A stretch of 64,000 bases of DNA from Acidobacteriota bacterium (GTDB taxonomy: Bacteria; Acidobacteriota; UBA890; WLXD01), in assembly GCA_965205505.1 (NCBI GenBank), contig CBDBHB010000008.1, positions 320,001 through 384,000 of the forward strand, in the 5' to 3' direction. Position 1 is the first letter of the stretch. Each line of letters opens with the position of its first letter. A program made the translations under genes and the position numbers. Under the pieces are notes generated by a model. That model was not told the DNA's origin. It made no database searches and worked only from the letters and a program-made list of their open reading frames with translations. Below are positions 41,073 through 51,073 of the stretch, in pieces.

Positions 41073-42484
41073 ATGCGGCGGAGTGTCGTCCTGTACAATC
41101 CTCAGGCGGTCTTCTTCACCATGCCGCTGGGTCTCCTGGCGGTCGGATCGGCGCTCGATCCCAGCCGCTATTCGGTACGGATCATCGATGCCCGGCTGGA
41201 AGCGAACCCGCATGAAGCGCTCGTTGCCGCCGCCGAGGACGCCGTTTGTGTGGGAATCGGTGTGCTAACTGGCGCCCCGATACACGATGCGCTGGCGGCC
41301 TCCAGGGCCGTCAAGGCCCGCTTCCCAGCACTGCCCGTGGTGTGGGGCGGCTGGCACCCGTCGCTCTTTCCGACCGCGACGCTCGATGAGCCCACCATCG
41401 ACGTATCGGTACAGGGGCAAGGCGAGCAGACGTTCGCGGAGCTCGTTGAACGGCTCGACCGGGGCGATGATCTAGCCGGCTTGCCAGGCATCGCCTATCG
41501 GAACGGCGACCGCGTGTTACAGAACCCCCCCCCCGCCCACTTGCCTCCATGGACGAGCTTCCGCAGCCCGACTACGGGCTCATCGACGTGCCCGCCTACT
41601 TCGCGAGGAAGGGCGCGCCACAGTTCGATTTCGTCTCCTCGACCGGTTGCCATTTCCGCTGTGCCTTCTGTGCCGATCCGTTCGTCTACAAGCGCGGCTG
41701 GGTGGCGCTGTCGCCGCCGCGGTTCGGCGACCTGATCGAGGAGCACTGGCGTCGCTATCGCTTCGGTGAGCTCGCATTTCAGGACGAGACCTTCTTCACC
41801 TACCGCGATCGTGTAGCGGCGATCGCCGAGGAGATCCTGCGACGCGACCTGCACTTCAGCTGGACGGCGACGATGCGCGCCGACCAGGGGACCCGGCTCA
41901 CCGGCGAGATCTTCGAGCACTGCGTACGCTCCGGCATGAGCCGGCTGCTTATCGGGGTGGAGTCGGGCGATCAGGCAACGCTCGATTGGATGCAGAAGGA
42001 CATCACGATCGACCAGGTCATGGAGTGTGCCGAGCTTTGCGCGCACTACCGAGTCGGCGCGCAGTTCCCGTTCATCGTCGGCTTCCCCGGAGAGCCGGAC
42101 AAGAGCATCGAGCGCTCGCTGAGGCTGGCACACCGGCTGCGTCGCATGAGCCCGCGCTTCGAGACGCCGATCTTCTACTTCAAGCCCTACCCGGGCTCGC
42201 CGATCACCGCACAGGCCGTGCGCGACGGTTACGCGCTGCCGGCCGACCTGGAGGGTTGGGCCAACTTCGACTTCGTCGGCTCCGCTGGCCCCTGGGTAAG
42301 CGCCGAGCTCTTTCGCCGTGTCGAGCGGTTCAAGTTCTACAACCGTTTCGCAGGCGGGCCCGACAGGTTGCTCAAGCGACCGCTCGCCTGGCTTGCTCGC
42401 TGGCGCTGCCGACACAATTTCTTCGCGCTGCCGGTAGAGAAGCTCGTCGTCGAGCAACTGGCGCCCACGCCACAGCTTTCCTGA
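41073..42484 (+). CDS. B12-binding radical SAM protein 2, frameshift at the poly-C tract near 41525
   Basis: MPLG and VVWGGWHP; GCHFRCAFC; GVESG. Confidence 0.88.
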
Positions 42485-42488
42485 GCCC

Positions 42489-43818
42489 ATGGACCTACTG
42501 CTGACACACGCGTATTTCCTCCAGGAGGACAAACACGAGCAGCTCGCGGCACGAGTTCCGCTGCCACCTTGAGCGTACACGGCCCCGCATCGTCGGCATC
42601 TACGTCAACCTGATGACGCTCGCTAGCGCCCTCCAGACGATCTCCGACTGTCGCGAGTTCGGCAGCATCGTGGTGGTGGGTGGACCGGAGCCGGCCGAGT
42701 ACGCCGATGAGTACCTCGCAGCCGGCGCCGACGTCGTGGTCGACGGCGAGGGCGAGATCACCCTACGGGAGCTGGTGCCGCACCTACTGGAGCACGGCGT
42801 TGCAGGCCTCGATGCGATCGACGGGATCATCTACCGTTCCGAAACATCCAATGGTGCGAACCAACGCGCCCCCGTCCGCACGGCCGCGAGAGCGCAGATC
42901 AGCGATCTAGATACGCTTCCGGACCCCGACCGAGAGGCCATCGACATTGGTCGCTACGTCGACGTATGGCGCACCCATCATGGGGCCGGCTCGGTGTCGT
43001 TGATCACTGCTCGAGGGTGCCCGTACAAATGCAATTGGTGCAGCCACAGCGTGTTCGGCTTCTCTCACCGGCGTCGATCCCCGGTGCGTGTCGCCGACGA
43101 GCTCGAGCATATCGTGAGCCGCTACCGCCCCGACCAGGTCTGGTATGCCGACGACGTGTTCACGATCAATCATCGCTGGCTTCACGAGTACGGCGACGAG
43201 CTGGAGCGCCGTGGTATGCGTGTGCCATTCGAGACCATCTCGCGCGAGGATCGCCTCGATACCGAGACCATCGCGCGTCTCGCCTCGATGGGATGCCGCC
43301 GTCTGTGGGTTGGGGCGGAAAGCGGGTCGCAGCGCGTCCTCGATGCCATGCAGCGCCAGACGAACGCGCCGCGTGTCGAGCAGATCGTCCACGAGCTACA
43401 ACAACACGGCATCGAGGTCGGTCTGTTCATCATGCTCGGCTACGAAGGCGAGCGGGTGAGCGACATCGAAGAGACCGTGGCGTTTCTCAAGCGGGCACGG
43501 CCAGACCGCTTCGTTACCACGGTTGCCTATCCCATCAGGGGGACCAGATACTATGAGCGCGTCTCGGATCGGCTCGTCGTGCCGCAGTCGTGGGCGACCA
43601 GCACCGATCGCGACATCTCGGTGCGTGGCAGGCACTCCGACAGGTTCTATCGCTGCGCCACACGCTGGATGGTCAACGAGGTCGAGCGCGCGCGCCTACG
43701 CAGCAGCGATCGAACCGGCTATGGGCGGCTCGCCCGCGCCACCGTCAATGCCCACGTAGGGCGCCTCGGCATGCACCTCCTGCGGCATCAGCAGCGCACT
43801 GCGGCGCCGCAGCCATGA
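42489..43818 (+). CDS. B12-binding radical SAM protein 3, N-terminal lesion at ~42550-42600
   Basis: MDLLLTHAYFLQED start; VVGGPEP; ARGCPYKCNWC; GAESGSQ. Confidence 0.85.
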
Positions 43819-44666
43819 GCGCACTGCCCGCCTCGCTCGTTGGCGCTTCGGCAACCTTCGACAACGTCGCAAACGACTATGACCGCACCTTCAGCCACCG
43901 GACCCTGGGCCGCTGGTTGCGTCGATCGGTGCATTCTCGCCTGCGTGCCTACACGGCAGGCGATCGCGTCATCGAGCTCGGTTGCGGTACCGGCGAGGAC
44001 GCGCTCTGGCTGGCTCGGCGCGGTGTGCGTGTGGTGGCCATCGACGCTTCGTCAGCAATGCTGTCGGTAGCGGAGCGCAAGCTCCGCAGCGCCGGAGTCG
44101 TCGACCGCGTGCGCCTAGAGCATATCGATCTCAACGCGCCTCCGACCGACCTGCGGCGAGCGCTGGTGGGCGACGATTGGGTCAACGGCGAGCTCTTCGA
44201 CGGTTGTCTCTCGAACTTCGGCGCGCTCAACTGCGTCAGTGCCCGCCCGGCGCTCGCCGGCGTGGTCGCCAGCGTCATGCGCCCCGGCGCACGACTCACG
44301 GTTGTCGTGATGGGTCCCGTTTGCCCCTGGGAGATCGCCTCGTTCACGTTCCGCGGCCGGCTACCGAGCGCCTGCCGACGACTGCGTGGACGCGCCAGGG
44401 CGCGTATCGGCGACCACACGGTCGTGGTCGACTATCCGACCCCGCGGCGCCTGCGGAGTGAGCCGACACCGTGGTTTCGAGCTCTCGGCACGCGTGGGAT
44501 CGGCGTATTGCTACCACCCTCGCAGCTCGCCCACTTGGTGGAACAATGGACGCCGGCATTCGACCGCCTGCGTCGCTGGGAGGAGCGCTTCGCACACCTA
44601 CGAACCGCCGCGTGGCTGAGCGATCACTACCTACTGGAGATGGAGCGTCGTGACGACGAAACATGA
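43815..44666 (+). CDS. Class I SAM-dependent methyltransferase
   Basis: VIELGCGTGED and SNFGALNC motifs. Confidence 0.88.
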   Translation: MSALPASLVGASATFDNVANDYDRTFSHRTLGRWLRRSVHSRLRAYTAGDRVIELGCGTGEDALWLARRGVRVVAIDASSAMLSVAERKLRSAGVVDRVRLEHIDLNAPPTDLRRALVGDDWVNGELFDGCLSNFGALNCVSARPALAGVVASVMRPGARLTVVVMGPVCPWEIASFTFRGRLPSACRRLRGRARARIGDHTVVVDYPTPRRLRSEPTPWFRALGTRGIGVLLPPSQLAHLVEQWTPAFDRLRRWEERFAHLRTAAWLSDHYLLEMERRDDET

Positions 44667-44683
44667 TCGTGCCGGCGCGCTCG

Positions 44684-45883
44684 TCAGGCGACGTTGTCGC
44701 CAGCCTCACGTCGTTGAACAACTCGTTCATAGAGCGCTGCCAGCCGCTCCGCCATCGCGGCGAAGCTGAGCCGGCGATCGAACCGATCGACGACGCACTG
44801 CGCCACCTCGGCTGGCCGAGCTGCCCAGATACTCTGAACTCGCCGCGCCAGGGCGGCGGCGTCTCCCACCGGGAACAGCAAACCGCCGAGCTCCGCGCCG
44901 AGCATCTCGCGAAACGCCGGAATGTCGGTGACCACCGGGACCACCCCGCACGACATGGCCTCGAGGACCGCGCAGCCGCTGTGCTCACGCAGGCTGGCCT
45001 GGAGTAGGAAATCGGCGCTGCTGTAGATCGCCTCCATCTCCGCAGCGGGAGCCTCGCCGTGGAGGGTGGTACGGCACGCCAGCCGCGGGAGCGATCGCAG
45101 GAAATCGCTCACCTCGTCGAGCAGGTCAGCGCTCTGATACACACAGTGCAGGCGCGCCGTCGGCAGCGCATCAACGATCGCTTCGACGCCGCGAAGCATG
45201 GTCAACGGATCCTTGACCGGATGCAGCCGCGCCACCGACAACAGCACCGGCGCGCCGTCGAATCCGGTACGCTGGCGCGCCGCTTCGCGATCCTGCGGGT
45301 TCAGGGCGCTGGAGGTCTCAACAACTTGGGCGACGCGTTCGTACCCGTCCTCCAACAACCCGGCGTCGACGTAGGGTTGAGCATGCTCGGGCGCAGTGAA
45401 GAGGAGCGTCGCCGGTCCCGTGAGCCAGCGTCGCTGCAGTCGGCGCACCAACCAGCTGCGCGCCGGCTCGCCGCCGTGATGCTGCGCCACCCACGGGGTG
45501 CCGCAGCGCCTCAGCGCCCGATCTACTAGCGCCAAGTTGATGTGTGGAACTAGGCTATGAACGTGGACCAGATCGGGCTTCAGATCCACGACGCGGGCGA
45601 CGGTCGAGCGAGCAGGGATCAGGTGCGCCGCAGCAATAGGCGACAGCCGGGCCAGACCACGACCCAGCGTCGCCGCCACGTGCCCTTCCGAAACCAAGTG
45701 GTAGCGCACACCATGCTCGCGGTAATGCGTGGCATGCGGATGTTGCACGACGACGTCGACATGGTGTCCGAGCCGCGCTACCTGCCGAGGCAGGTGCCGT
45801 AGAAGCGGAAAACGATCGAGATAGTCTGCCGGCGCCAGATCCGCGTTCGGCGGACAATATGGTTGGACATAACAGATCCTCAT
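44684..45883 (-). CDS. GT4 glycosyltransferase
   Basis: VARLHPVKD and EHSGCAVLEAMSCG motifs. Confidence 0.88.
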   Translation of the reverse strand: MRICYVQPYCPPNADLAPADYLDRFPLLRHLPRQVARLGHHVDVVVQHPHATHYREHGVRYHLVSEGHVAATLGRGLARLSPIAAAHLIPARSTVARVVDLKPDLVHVHSLVPHINLALVDRALRRCGTPWVAQHHGGEPARSWLVRRLQRRWLTGPATLLFTAPEHAQPYVDAGLLEDGYERVAQVVETSSALNPQDREAARQRTGFDGAPVLLSVARLHPVKDPLTMLRGVEAIVDALPTARLHCVYQSADLLDEVSDFLRSLPRLACRTTLHGEAPAAEMEAIYSSADFLLQASLREHSGCAVLEAMSCGVVPVVTDIPAFREMLGAELGGLLFPVGDAAALARRVQSIWAARPAEVAQCVVDRFDRRLSFAAMAERLAALYERVVQRREAGDNVA

Positions 45884-45893
45884 GGACCGGTCG

Positions 45894-47165
45894 ATGCTCG
45901 AGCGCCTAGGACGGCGACGCAAGCCTCCCTCGCTGCTGCTGCGGAACCTGGAATGCTACAGCGACGGTGAGGTATTCCATGGCGACCTTCGCCTGACGGC
46001 GGGTCGCGTCGCCGAGATCGGCAGCGGCCTGGCGGCCGGCTCCGGGGAGCGCACTCTGGATCTCGACGGCCACCTGGCGTACCCGGGCCTGATCAACGCT
46101 CACGATCACCTCGAGCTGGACTTCCTTCCACGTCTCGGGAGCCCCCCCTACCCCAGTTTCTACGACTGGGCGGACGACGTTTACCATCCCGACGAGCCGC
46201 CGATTCGAGATTTGCGTCACGTGAGCCTGTCGGACCGCCTCTGGTGGGGGGCCTACAAGAACACGGTCGCCAGCGTCACCACAGTGATGCACCACGACAC
46301 TTACCATCGTCGCATCTTTCAGAGCGGTTTCCCGGTGCGCGTCACCCACCCCTACCGATGGGCGCACTCACTGGGTTTCGGCGTCGATCCCCGCGAAGCG
46401 TACGCCAGCGGCGCGGGCCCGTTCGTGATTCACGCCGCCGAGGGTGTTGACCAACGCAGCGAGCACGAGCTCGACGAGCTCTACGACATCGGCGTGCTTG
46501 CCGACGACACCATCCTCGTGCACGGCATCGCGATCACGTCGGCACAATGGCGGCGGCTGGCGGCACGTGGGGTGGGGCTGGTGTGGTGCCCCACGTCGAA
46601 CCTGTTCCTGTTCGGCAAGACGGTGGACGTGGGCTCCCTGCCTGAGGGCGTCGACGTGGCGCTCGGCACCGATTCCACCATCAGCGGCTCGGCCGGCCTG
46701 CTCGACGAGCTCCGGATGGCACGCAACACGGGCGCGGCGAGCGCCGTACGCCTGCTTGAGATGGTGACCACGGTGCCGGCCGCGATGCTCGCCCTCGAGA
46801 CCGGCTGCGGCCGTATTCAGCAAGGCGGTCCGGCCGATGTGATCATCCTCACTCCTGCAGACAGCGCTGCATCGCTGCCCGGGGCTGACAGCGATGGCGA
46901 CGCGGCACGCGCGGCGCACGCGCTGTTGGGAGCGCACTCGGCCGACCTTGCACTCGTGCTGGTCGCCGGCCGGCCGATGCTCGCCGACCCCGACGTCGCC
47001 GCAACCCTGGGCCTCGGCCCGGCGCGCGCGCTAATAGACGGCAGCTCCAAGTGGCTTGTCGGCGACCTTCCGGCTCTTCGAGAACGCATCGCCGCGGCGT
47101 CCGACGATGCCGACGCCTGGAACGCCAACCCTGTCTGGCGCCGGCTGCAGGCGGCCCCGAGTTGA
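45894..47165 (+). CDS. Amidohydrolase/deaminase family protein
   Basis: PGLINAHDH, IHAAEG, LVHG, WCPTSN and ALGTDS motifs. Confidence 0.88.
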   Translation: MLERLGRRRKPPSLLLRNLECYSDGEVFHGDLRLTAGRVAEIGSGLAAGSGERTLDLDGHLAYPGLINAHDHLELDFLPRLGSPPYPSFYDWADDVYHPDEPPIRDLRHVSLSDRLWWGAYKNTVASVTTVMHHDTYHRRIFQSGFPVRVTHPYRWAHSLGFGVDPREAYASGAGPFVIHAAEGVDQRSEHELDELYDIGVLADDTILVHGIAITSAQWRRLAARGVGLVWCPTSNLFLFGKTVDVGSLPEGVDVALGTDSTISGSAGLLDELRMARNTGAASAVRLLEMVTTVPAAMLALETGCGRIQQGGPADVIILTPADSAASLPGADSDGDAARAAHALLGAHSADLALVLVAGRPMLADPDVAATLGLGPARALIDGSSKWLVGDLPALRERIAAASDDADAWNANPVWRRLQAAPS

Positions 47166-47256
47166 CCGCTCGGCGCCTGCGCATCGGTCTGGTCGTGCCC
47201 GGCTTCAGCGCCGACGAGCACGACTGGTGGATCCCCGCGCTGCGCGACCTGGTGGT
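47162..47256 (+). pseudogene. N-terminal stub of a probable glycosyltransferase
   Basis: TTG start; RLRIGLVVPGFSADEHDWWIPALRDLV resembles GT4 N-termini, then switches abruptly to another gene. Confidence 0.5.
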
Positions 47257-49993
47257 CGGGCGTCTGTGGTGCTCAGCTCGGCGACCTCCATCGCTCCCGC
47301 CCTGAGCTGGTCGGGATCATACGATCGCGGTCAAGGTGCGTGGCTCGAGATCGGTTACGTTGCCCTGTTCGCCGCGCTGGCAACACGACTCCGCAGCGCG
47401 CAGCAATGGCGGCGCCTGAGGTTCACGATTGCCACGTCCAGCGTCCCGGTGTGCCTCTTGGCGCTGGCGGGACGATCCGGCATCCCGATCCTCCTGGGCA
47501 ACGAGCCCCTGGAGGTAAACGCCACATTCGGCAACCCGACCTTCCTCGGGGCTTTCCTGTTGCTGACTTTGTTCGTGACCGCCGATTTCGTCGTCGAGAC
47601 GGCTACCAGCATGCGAGGTGGCGAGCAGCCGGTGACCGCCCACCAGGCGCGCCTGGGGCTACGCCGCGCCGCGCTGCCGACGTTGATCATCACTCTCCAG
47701 CTCGCGGTGCTGCTTGCCACACGCGGCTCCGCGGCGTTGATCGGGCTGCTGTTCGGCCTGTCGCTCCTGGTCGCCGGGGCGTTCGCCATGCGGCGCACCG
47801 ACTCAACGACAGCGCGCTCCGCCACGGGTCGGTGGAGGCGTCGCCCGATCGTGCTGGTATCGGTGGTCGTAGTCGCGGAGATCGTCTGGCTCGGTGCCAC
47901 CGCGGATCGCACCGCCAACGGTAATCAGGTGGTCGAGCTTGCGACGATGTTCAACCCGGAGCGCGACGCCAACCGGGTCCGACTATTGATCTGGGATGCC
48001 GTCTCGCAAGCGATGGTGACCTCGGCCGGCAACGACCAGGAAGTGCGCAACGCAGCGTGGCGCTGGCTTGTCGGGTTCCGCCCGGAGACCACCTGGCTAG
48101 CCCTCGAGCACTCCTACCCGGCCGAGCTGGCTGTCGTCGAGAGCTGGCAATCGCTGCCCGACCGGGCGCACAACCAGGTGCTGGAGATTCTTCTGACGCG
48201 CGGCCTGTTGGGGGGTCGGTTGCTACCTACTAACCGCCGCAGCGCTTCTCGCCATCGGACTGCGAGCCGCCGGTCTGCTGATCGAGCCGGGATCGACGCG
48301 GCGCTTCGCGACTGCGTTGATGGCCGGAAGCACGCTGGGCGGCGTCGCCGCACTCGCGGCGTCGGGCAGATGGTCGCTCGCAGCCGTAGGGCTGATCCCG
48401 GGCATGGTCGTCGGGGCGCTGGGTTACCTGCTTGGGCGGGTGGAAGGCACAGGCGAGAGCCCGCCTCGGCCGCGTCGCCAGCGATGGCTAGCGCTGCTGC
48501 TTACTGCCGCCGTAGTCGCGCATCTCGTGGAGACCCAGTTCGGCATTGCGGTGACCGCCAGCGAGACGTATTTCTGGCTTCTTGCCGGCGCGCTGGTAGC
48601 GCTCCGCTATCGCGGCTGGAGCCCGGGCGACGCAGCCGATGCGGCCGCCCCGGGCGGCACGGTCGACGGCCTCGTAATCGGCACGATCCTCCTGACGCTG
48701 GTTTTCGGCTTGATGACTCCCGGCACTACCGTGCCCCTGGTTGTGGCGCTCGTGCTCCTGGGGGCGTGGCTAGGCGGCTGGGTGCTTTCATCGCTGGGCA
48801 TGGCAACGCCGGCGCTGTTCGGCCGGCGCGGCAAGCGCGTCGCACTTGTCAGCGCTGTGGTTGTGGCGGCGTTTATCGGCTTCCACAAGCTGCAGACGGC
48901 AACCGCCACCGCCCTCCAGACGCGCGGCGACGACCTCGCTGCCGCGTCGACGTTCGCGACTTTCTTCGACGGGTACCAGGCCTGGATGCTAGCAGCCACG
49001 CTAGCCACCGGCGTGCTGCTGGCGGCATCAAAGCACGACGACGATCAGAGCGTCGGCGATCGCTCCCCGGCGCGCACCGTCCTCACGGTGACGCTGATCC
49101 TGGCGCTCGGCATCGCACTGCCGCGCGCACCGCATTTCGCCGCCGCGCGTGCCGATATCCTGGCCGCACAAGCCGAGAGGGCGCGGCTTGCAGGACGCTT
49201 CGCCAGCGCCGGGCGCCTCTACCAGGAGGCGCTGTCGCTGGGCGCCGACGAGATCGTCTACCGCATCGGGCTCGCCAAGGCACAGACCGATTGGGCCGGC
49301 GAGACCTCCGGTGATGTACGCGACAGTCGCTTTCGACGCGCCGCACACCAACTTCGGCTGGCGCTGCAATCGGAGCAGGCGGGCGCTACCGAGCACGCCA
49401 ACATGGCACGCCTGTACACGCTGTGGGGAGAAACCGAAGTCGATGCGGAGGCGCAATCCAGCAGGCTGGCGCGTGCCGATCGCCACTATCGCGGCGCCCT
49501 TGCGATACGCCCACAATCGGCTCGCTACTACGCCGAGTGGGGGCGCCTGAGCGTGCTCCAGGGCTGGCTCGAACCGGCGCGTTGGCGCTTCGGCCGCTCC
49601 TTGGCATTGGACCCGACACAGGGACAGACCTACCTCTGGGTGCGGCCCTTGCTGAGCTCCGACCTGCTGGAGGCAAGCGACGCCCTGGCCGAGCTCGGAC
49701 CCGACGTTGGCGCCATATCGCCGGCCCAGGTGCACGGAGCGCTGGTCGAACACTTCATCGAGGCCGGCCAGTTCGAGGCAGCGATCGAGGCAGCGTTCCG
49801 GCTCGCGCAGGCAGTCCCGGAGCACCCGGTCGGCCATTGGACCCTGGCCGGCCTGTACAGCCGTACCGGCCGGCCCGCCGAGGGTCTGCCGCACGCTCGC
49901 CGAGCGCTCCAACGTGCGCAGGGGCGGCCGCGCCGTCAGATCGCCCGGCTCATCGACAACCTCGAAACCGCAATCGAGAGAACGGCGTCGTGA
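47257..49993 (+). CDS. O-antigen ligase family membrane protein with a C-terminal TPR region, 5'-truncated and frameshifted near 48210
   Basis: ATFGNPTFLG, RLLIW and DRAHN..LE motifs; many TM helices; TPR-like helical repeats. Confidence 0.75.
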
Positions 49994-50207
49994 TCGGCAA
50001 CGCCCATGTGTGGCTGGCCGTTTCGTTCGTCGCCTCGCGGCGCTGGGCCCGTCAGTGTGGACGGTGGCTCGTCTACGCTTCCACCATGGCCTGCTAGTCG
50101 GCAGCAGCACCCCGTAGCGGGGCCAAGGGGCGTTGCCAACACTCAGGTCAGTCGGAGCAGCTTGCCGACCGAGCGCCTGGAAACGGCCCGTTGACCCGAG
50201 GTCAGAG

Positions 50208-50831
50208 CTACTGGTGGTTGGCTTCCACCAGCAACTCGATCTGCACATCGCCGCCAACGATGGCGGTCTCTGCCCACGATCCCACGCCCACGCCAAAATC
50301 TCTGCGATCGATGGTCAGGCTGGCCTGAAAGCTGGCAGCCTCGGTGATGCCGCCGAGCATGTCGCGCATCGGAGCGGGAATCGATTGCACGCCGAGCACC
50401 TTGATCGGCACGTCAACCTCGCGGGCAACGCCCTTGATCGTGAGGGTGCCGGTGGCTACCAAGTTAGTGGCGTTGATTCGCTTGACCGAGCTGCTGCTGA
50501 ACGTGATGTAAGGGTAATCGTCGGCTTCGAACCAATCTCCCGAGCGCAGGTGGTTGTCGCGGCGCTCGTTACCCGTGTTGACCGAGGCAACGGCAATCGT
50601 CGCCTCTACGTGACTATTGGCTGGGTTCTCCGAATCGAAGACAAGGTCGATCTCATAGTCGTTGAACGATCCGCTGATCGGTGTGAAGAAATGGCGCACC
50701 TGGAAACCGACCTCGGTGTGGTCGCCATCGACATTCCATGTGCGCGCGTCGAGTCTGGTGGCGGCAGCGTGGCCGAACGACGAGGCGGCGATCAGACCGA
50801 CCAGAACGGTGAGGACAAGCAGCTTTCGCAT
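50208..50831 (-). CDS. YceI family protein, secreted
   Basis: HTEVGFQVRH, RDNHLRS and LTIKG motifs; signal peptide. Confidence 0.9.
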   Translation of the reverse strand: MRKLLVLTVLVGLIAASSFGHAAATRLDARTWNVDGDHTEVGFQVRHFFTPISGSFNDYEIDLVFDSENPANSHVEATIAVASVNTGNERRDNHLRSGDWFEADDYPYITFSSSSVKRINATNLVATGTLTIKGVAREVDVPIKVLGVQSIPAPMRDMLGGITEAASFQASLTIDRRDFGVGVGSWAETAIVGGDVQIELLVEANHQ

Positions 50832-51073
50832 GTGAACCCTTCCTGGGGAGCTAGCGTGGATGGTGCCTCGCGGCAGACGTTTCCTGGCGACCGTGAGGGT
50901 GAGCGGCGAGGTGCTCGGTCGTTTGTTCGCCGCGGCCAGCAAGCTGGTTACAGCCGTTGGGCTCCGGCACCGTCAGGAGTGTGGCGCAGATAACGGGCCG
51001 CAGCGCGCTGCGACCGGCCTCGATACCCGGCGCTAGCAGGCCGTGGTCGAAGCGCGACGGGCCTGGCGACCGG

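Noticed and set aside
34740-49993. RiPP interpretation of the radical SAM cluster
   Set aside because: No precursor peptide, RRE/SPASM domain, peptidase or ABC exporter seen; the partner genes are glycosyl-related
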